Source: an uncultured cyanobacterium | Lineage (GTDB): Bacteria > Cyanobacteriota > Cyanobacteriia > Cyanobacteriales > Cyanobacteriaceae | Direction of reading: 5' to 3' | Assembly (NCBI GenBank): GCA_963749915.1 | Contig: CAVVOP010000005.1 | Coordinates: 128,001-192,000, forward strand | Length of the DNA stretch: 64,000 nucleotides | Part shown: positions 10,100 to 22,316 of the stretch, piece by piece | Layout: each line of letters opens with the position of its first letter | Numbering within the stretch: the first letter of the stretch is position 1 | Notes under the pieces: model-generated | The model's input: only the letters and a program-made list of their open reading frames with translations | The model's database searches: none | What the model was told of the DNA's origin: nothing | Made by a program: the position numbers and the translations under genes

Positions 10100-11437
10100 T
10101 TAACTTTGTAGAAGACTTGAAAATTTAACTTTTAACCCATCCTTCGGGTGAGGTGTGGGAATAACTTCCATGGTTAAATCCTGATTTGGTAACAATTCCC
10201 ATTGGTAATTTTGGCTTAATAAGGAGGCAAAAACACGCATTTCTAAACGGGCAAATTCCTTCCCTAAACATTCTCTTAAACCACCGCCAAAAGGCACAAA
10301 ACCGAATTTTTTTTGTTTCTCGGCAGAATTCTCAGGGGAAAAGCGATCGGGATCAAATTTACCTTTATTATGGTAGATAGTCTCATCTTGGTGAGTTTGG
10401 GCAATTTGATATTGTACTGTCCAACCTTTGGGGATATGATAACCTTGAAAACTAAAATCTTCAATAGCTTTCCGAAAACCACCGCCCACAGGTGGAATTA
10501 ACCGCAACACTTCCTTTAAAACTTGTTCTAAATAAGTCATTTCCTTTAACTGTTCTAAATTAAAGGGTACTTGATAATTTAATTTTTGTTGTTCCTGTCG
10601 AATTTTAGCTAAAACTTGGGGATGTTGTGCCGTTAATAAACAAAAGGATGCGATCGCCGATGTCAAGGTTTCATGACCTGCGAATAATAATAATAATACC
10701 TGATCTTTTAATTCTTCTAAGGTTAATCGATCGCCATTTTCATCTTCTGCTGTCAATAATAAACTTAAAGCATCAGAATTAATATTCTCCTCTGTTTGTC
10801 TTTGTTTGACAATAACCTCAATTTCTTGCAACATTTCTTCACGGCATTTTAGGGCTTTCCCGAATTTTGTCCAAGGTAGATTAACAGGAATGCTGAATAA
10901 ACCCTGACACCATTCTTCAAATAAATGACATAATCGAGTTTGTGAGCCGTTGTCAACCCCCACGAATAATTTAGCGGCAATATCAAAGGTATAATTTCTC
11001 AATTCAGGATACCAAGTTAATTCTCCTAAATTTGACCATTTTTGGAGATAATTTGCAGTAATAGCCTCAATAGTAGGCAAATAACTAGCTAATGCTCTCG
11101 GTTGAAAGGCTTGAACTAATATTTTCCGCCTAGAGGTGTGGAAATCGCCATTTTTCACCGCTAAAGATGTTTGTCCTAATAAAATCCTAGTGGTTTTAGG
11201 CCAGGTTGACACTACATATTCATTTTCGTGACGGAACAAAAATTCGTTGGCTTCTGCTCCTACCATTGTGACGGTGGGATTGCCAAAAATATTTGTTTTA
11301 TAAATATTCCCGTGTTTAGCAATTTTATTTTGACTAAAATGGCGATCAAATAAAAAATTAATTGTTTCGCCAATAAAAGGTAAGCCAAAACTTCCTGGAG
11401 GCAAAGGTAATTTTTGTAAATCTGAATTGATATTCAT
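10100..11437 (-). CDS. cytochrome P450 (CYP120-like)
   Basis: AGHETL, EVLR, FDPDRF, FGGGLRECLG heme ligand. Confidence 0.95.
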   Translation of the reverse strand: MNINSDLQKLPLPPGSFGLPFIGETINFLFDRHFSQNKIAKHGNIYKTNIFGNPTVTMVGAEANEFLFRHENEYVVSTWPKTTRILLGQTSLAVKNGDFHTSRRKILVQAFQPRALASYLPTIEAITANYLQKWSNLGELTWYPELRNYTFDIAAKLFVGVDNGSQTRLCHLFEEWCQGLFSIPVNLPWTKFGKALKCREEMLQEIEVIVKQRQTEENINSDALSLLLTAEDENGDRLTLEELKDQVLLLLFAGHETLTSAIASFCLLTAQHPQVLAKIRQEQQKLNYQVPFNLEQLKEMTYLEQVLKEVLRLIPPVGGGFRKAIEDFSFQGYHIPKGWTVQYQIAQTHQDETIYHNKGKFDPDRFSPENSAEKQKKFGFVPFGGGLRECLGKEFARLEMRVFASLLSQNYQWELLPNQDLTMEVIPTPHPKDGLKVKFSSLLQS

Positions 11438-11611
11438 GGTTCGCTATATTATTGTTAATAAATTAAATCAAGATAAATAATCTGTAAAAAAGGGATACTA
11501 ACTATAATAAAAAATACATTATATCTAATATTTAAAAACTCGTTAAATATTTCTTAAGTTAAGATAATATAGTTATGTTGTTGTGTTTTAGTATTTAATG
11601 TATCTCTGATT

Positions 11612-12958
11612 ATGTCCAGTTTATCAAGTACTCAAAATTGGGAAGACTCCTTTAATAAAGTCACAGAAAAATTGTTTAATAATTTAACTGACGATGAATA
11701 TTTAATTGTACAACTTAAAGCAGAGCATAGTCATTTTATCAGATTTAATCATGCTAAAGTTAGGCAAACGGGGATAGTTATTGATGGGGAAGTTTCTTTA
11801 AAATTAATTACTAATCAACGGAATGTCCATGCTAATTTTCCTCTTACTGGAAACATAGAAATTGATCTTGAGATAGCCTTAGAAAATCTAGCTTACTTAA
11901 GAAGTGAAATTGCCATTTTACCCGAAGATCCTTATATAGTTTTACCACAAAATCAAGGTTCATCCCACGAAGTTTATCAAGGTAATTTATTGTCTCCTGA
12001 TTTGGCCATAGAAACAATTTTACCCCCGGTACAAAACTTGGATTTTACGGGTTACTATACTGGAGGCTCAATCATTAGGGCAAACTATAACTCTTTAGGC
12101 CAAAAACATTGGTTTGCAACGGATTCTTTTTTTATTGACTATTCCTTAATTAATGCTAATCATAAGGCGATTAAAGGTATTTTTTCCGCCCATGATTGGA
12201 ATTTAGACAAGTATAAACATCAAATTAACTACCATAAACAAGAGTTGCAACAGTTAGATTTACCTATCCATGAGGTTAAACCTGGCAGTTACCGCACCTA
12301 TTTAGCGCCTGCGGCTATGGCAGATTTATTGGCGATGTTTTCTTGGGGGGGTATCAGTGAGGCTTCTTTACGTCAGGGGGATAGTGCTTTAGCTTCTTTG
12401 CGTCAGGGAGAAAATCTGTCACCGTTATTCAATCTTAAAGAAAATTTCCACAGTGGCAATACGCCTCGTTTCAATGATTTTGGAGAAATGTCTGCCGATG
12501 AGTTACTGTTGATTGTCGAGGGTAAATTAGTTAATAGTTTAATTAACGGTCGCACGGCAGTAGAATATGGCTTAAAATCGAATGGTGCTAGTAGTTTTGA
12601 AGGATTGCGATCGCCAGAAGTCACCATGGGTAGCTTATCAGAAGAGGATATTTTTAAAGCCATTGACACGGGTTTATATTTATCCAATTTACATTATCTC
12701 AATTGGAGCGATCAAAGACAAGGAAGAATTACAGGGATGACTCGTTACGGTTGTTTTTGGGTAGAAAATGGGGAAATTGTGGCAACTATTAAAGATTTAC
12801 GCTTTGATGATTCTTTATACTCTTTCTTTGGCAAAAATTTATTAGCCTTAACGGATTTTCGGGAATTTATCCCCGAAGTTAGTACCTACGAATCAAGATC
12901 TTTAGGGGGTTGTTTAATACCTGGAGGGTTGGTAGATAATTTTACCTTTACTCTTTGA
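11612..12958 (+). CDS. TldD/PmbA (TldE-like) protein
   Basis: RFNHAKVRQ, TGMTRYGCFWVENG, LRFDDS. Confidence 0.85.
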   Translation: MSSLSSTQNWEDSFNKVTEKLFNNLTDDEYLIVQLKAEHSHFIRFNHAKVRQTGIVIDGEVSLKLITNQRNVHANFPLTGNIEIDLEIALENLAYLRSEIAILPEDPYIVLPQNQGSSHEVYQGNLLSPDLAIETILPPVQNLDFTGYYTGGSIIRANYNSLGQKHWFATDSFFIDYSLINANHKAIKGIFSAHDWNLDKYKHQINYHKQELQQLDLPIHEVKPGSYRTYLAPAAMADLLAMFSWGGISEASLRQGDSALASLRQGENLSPLFNLKENFHSGNTPRFNDFGEMSADELLLIVEGKLVNSLINGRTAVEYGLKSNGASSFEGLRSPEVTMGSLSEEDIFKAIDTGLYLSNLHYLNWSDQRQGRITGMTRYGCFWVENGEIVATIKDLRFDDSLYSFFGKNLLALTDFREFIPEVSTYESRSLGGCLIPGGLVDNFTFTL

Positions 12959-13034
12959 TCTAATTTTTCTCTAAATATGAATGAAGCATCGTTAACTATA
13001 ATCGTGATTTTGAAAATATTATCTCCATTAAATT

Positions 13035-14147
13035 TTAAAACAAATTATTATTCTCGATTATCCATTGTCCATTATTTCCTAGTGCTATTATATTGTGTTT
13101 ACGATCGAATAAAATAGCCCCCACTTTGACAAAATGATCAGAATGTTTTTTGATATACTCTTGAGCGTTATGTTCAATCCTATTCGCCATAAATTGATAA
13201 ATTTGCTCGGTAAAATTACTATTATTTTCTTGATCAAAATCTTTCAAAATTCCTAATGCCGACTCAGTAGTTTCCGCAGTAAATATTTGTTTAATCATAT
13301 TATTTGGTAACTCTAAATTGGCACTAATAGCCGTTAAGATTTCTAGTCTTGCGTCTGCTAAATAGTGATGAGTGTGAAAAATATTTCCTGCTAATTTAAT
13401 TAATTTGCCATGATAACCTAATAAACTAATCGAGTTAACTTTAGCCACTGAAGCTGTTACTAACATTGGGCCTAACCAATTAGCAGTTTTAATTATTTGC
13501 TCAGAATTAAAGCCTAATTTAGTAGCTAAATTTAAGCCATTTTCTCCTATACAAAAAACTAAATTATCAAAATTTTTTGCCTTATCTATTAATTTGTGTT
13601 GATATAATTCTAGCTGTTTTTTACTTGTTAAAGGTTGAGAAATTCCCGTTGTACCTAGTAATGATAAACCTTCCACAACTCCAAAAGCAGAATTAGAAGT
13701 TCTTTCAGCGAGTTTTTTTCCTTCTGGCAAAATAATTTTTACATCAACGATCCCCACTATTTTTAAATTATCTAATAGATTCTTTTCTAGCAGTTTTTGT
13801 GCATAGGAATAAATAGCATATTTACGATCTAAATTGACAATTTTACCGACTCCTTCCCCCCCATCAATAATTAACTTAGTTTCACTATTCGGGGTCAAAG
13901 TTACGATCGCCCAAATGGGAGTATCACGGGTTAAATCTAAATTATCACCTGGATATGATCTGGTAATTGCTAAGGCTTGATTATCACTTATTTTAGCGAT
14001 TTGTTCAATATTAATAGTTGCCAATTCAGCAGGTTTAATTAAGTCAATATTGACCTGATTTTGTATATAATCATTTTGTAAATATTGTAAAGCTGCCACC
14101 GCCGAAGCAGTGGCAAAAACCGGTAAAGTATAGCCTGAATTAATCAT
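13035..14147 (-). CDS. cbiD: cobalt-precorrin-5B C1-methyltransferase
   Basis: SGYTLPVFA, GDNLDLTR, FGVVEGLSLLGTTGI, GYHGKLIKLAG.IFHTH. Confidence 0.93.
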   Translation of the reverse strand: MINSGYTLPVFATASAVAALQYLQNDYIQNQVNIDLIKPAELATINIEQIAKISDNQALAITRSYPGDNLDLTRDTPIWAIVTLTPNSETKLIIDGGEGVGKIVNLDRKYAIYSYAQKLLEKNLLDNLKIVGIVDVKIILPEGKKLAERTSNSAFGVVEGLSLLGTTGISQPLTSKKQLELYQHKLIDKAKNFDNLVFCIGENGLNLATKLGFNSEQIIKTANWLGPMLVTASVAKVNSISLLGYHGKLIKLAGNIFHTHHYLADARLEILTAISANLELPNNMIKQIFTAETTESALGILKDFDQENNSNFTEQIYQFMANRIEHNAQEYIKKHSDHFVKVGAILFDRKHNIIALGNNGQWIIENNNLF

Positions 14148-14702
14148 AATTACTCATAAATCCTGCTACCATGAGCAATAAGGATAACAAATGACCTGAG
14201 GGCGACATGGTCTCTTCTTTATAACTCTCCCGGCCCTCAACATCTTCTTTTGTGGTAATATTCTCTCACAAAATGTATTAAAATTTCCGCGTAACTGACT
14301 TGAAAGCGTGTATTTCATTATCATACTGAGATCTTGCACTCAAAATCTGAAGTTATATATTACTAACTTATTACTTATTACTTATTACTTTTTACTTTTT
14401 ACTTTTCCCTCACAGTAACCTTTTCGGCACGCTTCCGAGCAGTATTGAATCCCTAACACCTTTTATTAAGTATTTATGTACTAGTAAAGCATCTGAGTCA
14501 TAGGTAACAATCATGATTTTTTTCTTGATAGATTGACAGAGTATAAAGTAAAGATGTTTGCTAGTCCTGTGTTGACATTTCAGATAGACTTAGATGTAAG
14601 AATCAAGATAAAATTTAGTAGGATCAGCAATTATGTGCATTTAAGCAGATTACTATTATTTATTATCTTTAAAAGCCCCTAAAATTTTATTATTAATTCA
14701 AA

Positions 14703-15452
14703 ATGAGTGTTAAGCAAAGTTTAATTGAATTACCTTTAGATTTAGATCGAAAACGGATTCCTCATCATGTAGCGGTGATTATGGATGGCAATGGGCGTTG
14801 GGCGAAAGGCCGAGGTTTCCCTCGTATTGTTGGACATCAGAAGGGGGTTGATGCACTTAAGGATTTACTGCGTTGTTGTGATGATTGGGGTATCAAAGTT
14901 TTAACTGCTTATGCTTTTTCCACGGAAAACTGGAGACGACCTACCCATGAAGTGGAATTTTTAATGACTTTATTTGAAAGGGTTTTGCGTCGTGAATTAG
15001 AAGAAATGATGGCGAAAGATGTCAGAATTCGTTTTATCGGTGATTTAAAGGCTTTACCTGATTCTTTACAGGCAGAAATCGCTCATTCTATGAAACAAAC
15101 GGAGCATAATAAGGGTATCCAGTTTAATATTGCTACCAATTATGGTAGTCGCCAAGAAATTCTCCATGCTTGTCAGGCGATCGCCTCTTTAGTTAAGGAA
15201 GAAAAGATACAGTTAGAAGATATTAATGAAGACTTATTGGAAAATCATCTTTATACAGTGGGTATTGCCAACCCTGATTTATTAATTCGTACCAGTGGCG
15301 AAATGCGTTTAAGTAATTTTCTCCTATGGCAAATGGCTTACGGAGAAATTTATGTTACGCAAACTCTCTGGCCTGACTTTAACCGTAAGGAATTTCATCA
15401 GGCTTTATTCGATTATCAAAAGCGAGATCGCCGTTTCGGTAAATTAACCTGA
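14703..15452 (+). CDS. uppS: undecaprenyl diphosphate synthase (isoprenyl transferase)
   Basis: [36 protein letters not shown]. Confidence 0.97.
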   Translation: MSVKQSLIELPLDLDRKRIPHHVAVIMDGNGRWAKGRGFPRIVGHQKGVDALKDLLRCCDDWGIKVLTAYAFSTENWRRPTHEVEFLMTLFERVLRRELEEMMAKDVRIRFIGDLKALPDSLQAEIAHSMKQTEHNKGIQFNIATNYGSRQEILHACQAIASLVKEEKIQLEDINEDLLENHLYTVGIANPDLLIRTSGEMRLSNFLLWQMAYGEIYVTQTLWPDFNRKEFHQALFDYQKRDRRFGKLT

Positions 15453-15538
15453 GTATTGGATAAGTAAGCGAATCAGCTCTAATAGTTATAGATTAAGAAA
15501 ATATTTATTTACTATGGCTTATTCTCTTTTTTCATTGT

Positions 15539-17776
15539 TTATTGTTCATTAATCTTGACGTTTTTGATTAACCATCGATCATCATCTTTGACTAATTCAT
15601 ACCTAACAAGTAAATCTTCTTGGTAAGATAAACGGGGAATGAATGCACCATTACGATAATACTGAGATTTTTCGCTAATTTTAGCGGTAATCATCCCTTG
15701 GGTTATATCTTGAGGATTAACTTCAGCGGATTCTACCTTTACCTGGTGTTCATAACGTCGATAGGCGTTTTTATTTCTCAAATCTCGGCTATTACTTACC
15801 CATCGAGATAGTTGTGGTTCTGTTAATATTTTCGTTAACCCATTAATATTATATTCGGGACCCGTCGCTTGGGCTTTAGCATTCAACCATTGATTAATAA
15901 TTTCCATCGCCGTAGTTTGATTCAACTCATTTAAGGTTTGATTGATTATTTCTTCATTAGTTGGCGGCAATGCTATTAATGGTTCAGAAATCGGAATTTC
16001 CAATTTACCCCAGGAAGATTTAGGAGATAGCAATAATTTTGATGCCCCAAAGGCGATCGCAATTGAAAGGAATAAAATTAATAAGAACCAAATAATCAAG
16101 TTGCTTTGATCCTCAGAATCAGTATTAGTTTCACCAGTATTGGGGAAAGTTTGATGGGTGTCAGATATAACACTATGAGAAGAATCTTGTTTATCTTCTT
16201 CTACTTCCGCGTCGAGAAAATCATTAAAACCAATTAATTCCTCGTTGTCCCCCTCATATTTCCCCGACACCAATAAGCTAATACCCTGACTTTCTCCTTC
16301 GCTAGAGTTTATATTAACTTCAGCCGTAGCCGATTGAGAATAATTTCCGTTGATAATTTGTTCTTCATAACCAGTTTGATCTTTTAGCTCGTTAAATTGC
16401 GTAAAAGAATAAGATTGATCACCAACAGTTTCACCACCATCGGGTAATTCTAACTCAGGAGAAGAGGACATTTGACTATCTTCCAAGTCTTTAGTTAAGG
16501 AAGTGGTAATAGTGTCTAAATATGCTTGTACTCGATCGTTGGCAAAATATTTTTGCAAGGAAGGGTTTTGAGAAGTTAAATTTTTGAACTGGGGGAATAC
16601 CTCCGTTTGTAGCCATTTTTCTGTATAAACGCACAATCCAGGCAAAAGATCAGGAGATCCTTGTGACATCTCTTGAATATAATCAATTACCTTTTTTTCT
16701 CGACTTTGACTTAAAGAAAATTCAGCTTCGGCAGTTTGACCTAACAGTAACGCACAAATAGATTGCTCTAAATAAACATCCTGATGAATGGTAAGGGAAA
16801 TAAGACTATTTTTTGCCCTAATAATAAATTCTGGTCGTCTTTCAGTAAAACCTCTAGCAATTCCAGCATAAGCCGCTAAATATCCGGCCGCAGGGGAAGG
16901 TCGTTGTGCTTCTTCTTCAAATAATACTTGTTGTTCTTCAGGGGTTAAATAAACCCTAATTTGTTGAATAAATCGTAAAAAACCGTCAACATCTAACCCA
17001 GACTCGTCTATTATCTGATTTTCGATGCCTCCTCGGCTGTTAAACATCTTCCTGAGTAATTTAATGCCTTTTTGTCGCCCATCAATATCACTATCTTCTC
17101 TATTCAATAACTCTAGTACTTGATAAGGGCGTAATTTTCCTAAATCTTGCTTGATTTCTTTTCTTAAACTAGGGAATAAATCCTCTTGAAATAGTAATTG
17201 ATAAGATTCCCCAAGAGAATTAGATGCTAACTCATATTGTTTTTCCTGCCATTGTTCTTTTGCCAGTTCTAAATAGGCTAAAACTACGCTTAAAACTAAA
17301 TCTTGCCCAATTTGAGTAAGTTCTTCTTCTCAATCACTTAAATTACTCAAATTGCTTTTATCTTGTATATAGGGTTGACTTAAAGACAAAATTAACTCAT
17401 ATTCCCCTAAATCTAAGAAAGTTATCAGAGTGCCAATAAATAAACTTTCATCAATCTCAATAACTGTATTCTGAACTACATCTAAATTTTCATCGGAAAG
17501 GCTTAGTGATTCTTCTGCTTCCTCTGACTCCCCCGCGACATCTTCATCTTCTGTAACTGGTGAAAAGAAAGACGATTCGTACTCCAAACGGGATTCTTCA
17601 TTGCTTAAAACACTATAGGCTTGTTGAAGTAAATTATTCCGGGAAGTAATGGCATATTCGCTGTAGCCCTTATGAGGTAACTGAATAATGCGATCTTGAT
17701 AGGCTTGTTCAATCAAGTTTGATTCAGCTTGAATGGGTATGCCGAGAATGCGATAGTAATCTAAGGAAATTTGCAC
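15539..17776 (-). pseudogene. ftn2: cell division protein Ftn2/ZipN (ARC6 family), interrupted by one in-frame TGA at 17330-17332
   Basis: N-terminal J-like domain (LDYYRILG); the same frame continues after the TGA as EEELTQIGQDLVLSVVLAYLELAKEQWQ, then PDLLPGLC, a TM helix and a C-terminal DUF4101-type domain. Real stop or sequencing error unresolved. Confidence 0.85.
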
Positions 17777-18061
17777 GACTTACTTTTTATGGGGATTACG
17801 GGATTACAGGGAAATTTTGTTTACCAATTTGAGATCTTAACATTTACTCAGTAATAGACAAGAAAATTTTAACTCATATTTCTGAGTATTGGATTATCTG
17901 AAGTTCGGGATTCGGATATATATAGTCGTTCTCCTTAATTAACACATATATTTGTCTCAATCTTAATTGAAATAACTATAATTGCTATCTTCTGCCTTTT
18001 GCCATTGATTATTATTCACGGATACTTAATAATGAGTTATGGATAACTAAAATAAAATACT

Positions 18062-19090
18062 ATGGCTGAAGAAAGAACTCTCCCCAAATTTGACTATTCT
18101 ACAGTTAAAATCTCTAAAGAAGAAAGTTTAATTTATTATGAAGATATGGTTTTAGGACGCTTATTTGAGGATAAGTGTGCTGAAATGTATTACCGTGGTA
18201 GAATGTTCGGTTTTGTTCACCTTTATAATGGACAAGAAGCGGTTTCTAGCGGTATTATTAAGTCTTTACGTCCAGATCAAGATTATGTATGTAGTACTTA
18301 TCGAGATCATGTCCATGCTTTAAGTAGTGGTGTCCCCGCCAAGGAAGTAATGGCAGAACTTTTCGGGAAGGCAACGGGTTGTAGTAAGGGACGTGGTGGT
18401 TCGATGCACATGTTTTCTGAACCCCATAAATTGTTAGGAGGATATGCGTTTGTAGCAGAAGGCATACCTGTGGCCACAGGAACGGCCTATCAAAGTATGT
18501 ATCGTCGTAAGGCTTTAGGGGAAGATTTTGATCAGGTGACGGTATGTTTTTTCGGTGATGGTGCTAGTAATAACGGTCAGTTTTTTGAATGTCTGAACAT
18601 GGCAGCATTGTGGAAATTACCGATTCTTTATGTAGTAGAAAATAATAAATGGGCCATCGGCATGGCACATGATCGAGCGACTTCCCAACCAGAAATTTAT
18701 AAGAAAGCCAGTGTTTTCAATATGGAAGGTTATGAAGTTGACGGCATGGATTTATTAGCGGTGAGAGACATAGCACAAACAGCCATCGCCCGTGCTAGGT
18801 CAGGTGAAGGACCTACTTTAATTGAAGCGTTAACCTATCGTTTTCGTGGTCACTCCTTAGCAGATCCCGATGAATTGAGAGATCCTACAGAAAAAGAATT
18901 TTGGAATGCTAGGGATCCCATCAAAAAATTTGCCACTTATTTAACAGAACATAACATTGTTTCCCAATCAGAATTAGACACTATTGATAAAAAAGTACAA
19001 CAGGATATCGACGAGGCGGTAGAGTTTGCTGAAGCCAGTCCCGAACCTGATCCTAGCGAATTATATCGTTATATTTTCGCAGACGATTAA
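18062..19090 (+). CDS. pdhA: pyruvate dehydrogenase E1 alpha subunit
   Basis: [37 protein letters not shown]. Confidence 0.98.
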   Translation: MAEERTLPKFDYSTVKISKEESLIYYEDMVLGRLFEDKCAEMYYRGRMFGFVHLYNGQEAVSSGIIKSLRPDQDYVCSTYRDHVHALSSGVPAKEVMAELFGKATGCSKGRGGSMHMFSEPHKLLGGYAFVAEGIPVATGTAYQSMYRRKALGEDFDQVTVCFFGDGASNNGQFFECLNMAALWKLPILYVVENNKWAIGMAHDRATSQPEIYKKASVFNMEGYEVDGMDLLAVRDIAQTAIARARSGEGPTLIEALTYRFRGHSLADPDELRDPTEKEFWNARDPIKKFATYLTEHNIVSQSELDTIDKKVQQDIDEAVEFAEASPEPDPSELYRYIFADD

Positions 19091-19560
19091 TCATGGCAGT
19101 TAACAGTTAACACAATTCTGTTGGCGAACTTAATAAATGGGTTATGGCGAGAAGACAGGAGACATGATCATTAATACTTAAGTAACTTTTGTTAAGTGTA
19201 GAGAATTTTTTTGAAAATAGCTCGGTTTTTTGTATTTAACATAATCTTTACAAATGTTTAAACTTTATGCAATCATTATATAATATATATAATATAAAGA
19301 CTTTATAACTAGATTTTTATTGTAGCTCAAACATGTTTTCAAATTAACAAGTATAATTTGTAAATATAATTACTTAAGTATACTGACATAGAAATTTTAT
19401 GGAAGGGTTGACTAATGGTATCTAGGAAGAAACATTTAGTATACATGAACTGTAAAAAAGTTTTTCTTAACAGTAGAATTGAGTGGTACTCTTAAAAAAT
19501 ATCGATTTGACAAAATATACCTGTTTTCGTTTAAATTGATTTGCAAGTCATTGAATTCTC

Positions 19561-20790
19561 ATGAATAAAGTAAACCTTTTTAACATCTCCATTGATAATA
19601 TTTCCTTATCGAATCTACTCAAAAAGTTAACGGAAAACGGCGGATTTGTTGTCACTCCTAATGTAGATCATTTAGTGAAATTGCAGAAAGACGCCGATTT
19701 TCTCAGGGCTTATAAAATGGCTGACTATGTGGTTTGTGATGGTAAAATCCTTCAGTATGTCCTCAAATTCTTAGGAAAGCCGATACCGGCAAAAATCTCC
19801 GGCTCAGATTTACTACCCGCTTTTTACCATTACAATCGGTATAATAGAGGTATTAAAATTTTTCTTCTTGGGGGTAAAAAAGGAGTTGCACGAAGGGCTG
19901 CAAATAAGATTAATCGAAAAGTAGGCAGAAAAATAGCGGTTTGTGCTTTATCCCCTAGTTTTGGTTTTGAAAATAACCCTTCGGAATGTTTGGCTATCAT
20001 CGATAAGATTAATCAATCCGGTGCTAATGTATTAGTAATTGGTGTGGGTGCACCGAAACAAGAAAAATGGATTGTTAAATATCGCTCTTTGTTACCTAAT
20101 ATTAAGGTTTTTTTACCCATTGGAGCTGCTATTGATTTCGAGGCTGGATATAAACGGCGGGCACCTGAATGGATGAGTCATATAGGTTTGGAGTGGCTTT
20201 ATCGTCTAATTTCCGAACCACAAAGACTATGGAAACGCTATTTAGTTGATAGTATTCCTTTTCTTCTCCATGTGGTGCAACATCGCCTTGATATTTATAG
20301 AAATAATCCCATTCTTGAATTAAAATCGATGCCTTTAGGAATGATATTAAATCATGCGGGGTTATTATCTGATGACGAGTTAACGATGATATTAAACACT
20401 CAAAAAGAACAAAACTACCAGGTAAATTTAGAGCAGGTTATCAAAAGTTTTGGTTTGTTATCTCAAAAAACTATTACTTTTTTTGCCGACGAATTACCGA
20501 AGATTATCGAATTCAATGAAGTGCGTAGTATTAATGATTACATGCAAGAAGCTGATTTAATTTCCCCTTCACAGATTAATTATTTACAGCAAAAACGACA
20601 ACAATTACTAACCCCGAAAAAATTAAGTGAGTTAATAGTCGAGTCAGGTTATATTTCGCAGAAAACTTTAGATTGGTTTATCCAATTTCAGGATATGTTA
20701 AAATCCCAACAAGGAAAACACCCGACCTTTAAACAAATCTATCGAGAATTAGAAGTCTCAACCTCTCCCATAGAAATTTTCAGGAATTAG
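19561..20790 (+). CDS. WecB/TagA/CpsF glycosyltransferase with C-terminal MshEN-like extension
   Basis: VVTPNVDH, GVGAPKQEKW, RAPEWM..IGLEWLYRL..EP.RLWKRY. Confidence 0.9.
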   Translation: MNKVNLFNISIDNISLSNLLKKLTENGGFVVTPNVDHLVKLQKDADFLRAYKMADYVVCDGKILQYVLKFLGKPIPAKISGSDLLPAFYHYNRYNRGIKIFLLGGKKGVARRAANKINRKVGRKIAVCALSPSFGFENNPSECLAIIDKINQSGANVLVIGVGAPKQEKWIVKYRSLLPNIKVFLPIGAAIDFEAGYKRRAPEWMSHIGLEWLYRLISEPQRLWKRYLVDSIPFLLHVVQHRLDIYRNNPILELKSMPLGMILNHAGLLSDDELTMILNTQKEQNYQVNLEQVIKSFGLLSQKTITFFADELPKIIEFNEVRSINDYMQEADLISPSQINYLQQKRQQLLTPKKLSELIVESGYISQKTLDWFIQFQDMLKSQQGKHPTFKQIYRELEVSTSPIEIFRN

Positions 20791-20927
20791 GGTAGTAGTT
20801 TATCAACACAGAAACGAGGAACAAAAGTTATCAATTTTTCAGTCATCCCTCGACTACCGACTCCCTAATAGCTTACTCGCATAGGTTTTTTGCGAACTGG
20901 GGATGGCAAGATAAGAAGGATCATAAT

Positions 20928-21923
20928 CTAAATTTTATATTCAATAATCCTTGCTTGTTGTTTTGTTAATTTTTTTAAGAAAAATTGATATTGTCCGATA
21001 AATTGAGGAAATTTAGATAAAACACACCAAAAAGCATATAATTTAGCATCTTTGTTATCATCACCATAATTGAGGCGATAACGATAAATTTTGAACATTA
21101 GCACGAAATAACCTAAGAGTAATAATAAACTTAATCCTTTGGTTATCCAAATCAAACTAATGGTTAAAAGAGGCACAATTAAACCCCATAAATAACCGCT
21201 TAAATATTCTTTCTTCATGTAATTTTCTGGTGGTTTTCCGTGCATAAAATAACCTTCCGCTACCGCCCATCCCCCTCGAATAGAGCGTTTCCACCACTGA
21301 CTAAATTTAAACATTGCCGCATCATGAAGAGTCATATCTACGTCTAAGCGTTCAATTTTCCATCCTTTTTCCCGCAGTCTGATACACATTTCTGGTTCTT
21401 CTCCGCAGATAAGGCTAAGATCAAAACCATTAACTTGTTTAAGGGCTTCTAACCTCCCTAAAGAATCTCCTCCACAGGCTTTTGCTTCTCCGATGGGGGT
21501 ATTCCATTCCATATCAATCAAGCGATTATAAAGAGATTTTTCGGGGCATTTTTCTCTCCTCCTACCGCAGACAATAGCTAAGTTTTCTTTTTCGTCCAGC
21601 TTCGGTATCGCATTTTCTAACCAATGGGGATATAATTCACAGTCACCATCGAGAAATTGAATATATTCAGTTTGAGGATAATGTTTGATTATATATTCTA
21701 AGCCCGTGTTTCTTGCCCTTGCGGCAGTGAAGGGGATGGATAAATCAAGGTTGATGACTATAACCCCCAATTCTTGAGCTTTTTTGACACTATCATCCGT
21801 TGACCCTGAATCAACATAAATTATTGGGGCATTTTCGGGCAATTCTCTCTTTAATGACTGTAAGCAATTTACAAGGCGATCGCCCTCATTTCTACCAATA
21901 GTTATAACGGCAATAGAGACCAT
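20928..21923 (-). CDS. glycosyltransferase family 2
   Basis: IGRNEG, YVDSGSTD, TAARARN, FLDGDC, GEEPEMC. Confidence 0.9.
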   Translation of the reverse strand: MVSIAVITIGRNEGDRLVNCLQSLKRELPENAPIIYVDSGSTDDSVKKAQELGVIVINLDLSIPFTAARARNTGLEYIIKHYPQTEYIQFLDGDCELYPHWLENAIPKLDEKENLAIVCGRRREKCPEKSLYNRLIDMEWNTPIGEAKACGGDSLGRLEALKQVNGFDLSLICGEEPEMCIRLREKGWKIERLDVDMTLHDAAMFKFSQWWKRSIRGGWAVAEGYFMHGKPPENYMKKEYLSGYLWGLIVPLLTISLIWITKGLSLLLLLGYFVLMFKIYRYRLNYGDDNKDAKLYAFWCVLSKFPQFIGQYQFFLKKLTKQQARIIEYKI

Positions 21924-22316
21924 AGGTGACAGATTATATTATTCTCATGATCATTATGTTATCATGATGGAGAAGTGAAGCTAATGTTCAACTTGTCAAT
22001 GATACCGCAATAAAACTTTACAGTTGCCGTAATCCTTGTAAATTAAAGATTGTGAAACTTTTGCTCTCCTTACTTGATTCGTTAGTAATACTCTCCACCT
22101 GAAGTCGGGGGATGGCAGTAATGGAACTAAAAGGGAACAATATTCTTGAATTGTTAATCTTTATTAATTAAATCTTGACAAAAAAACCAAAGTGTTGTTA
22201 TCAACACCCTCGGTTAATATTTTTTTAGATAGGATCTAAGCTAACCGTTGCCAAACAATTGGCACGAAAATTCAGATTATATCCGTCTAGTTATCAAATT
22301 CAGGAGGTTTATCAAC

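Noticed and set aside
14160..14290. Cobalamin riboswitch upstream of cbiD
   Set aside because: GC-richer patch, but no B12-box or other conserved riboswitch motifs recognisable.
22085..22120. Possible IS200/IS605 end hairpin (CTCTCCACCTGAAGTCGGGGGA)
   Set aside because: Short and imperfect, with no tnpA/tnpB remnant seen; cannot be supported.
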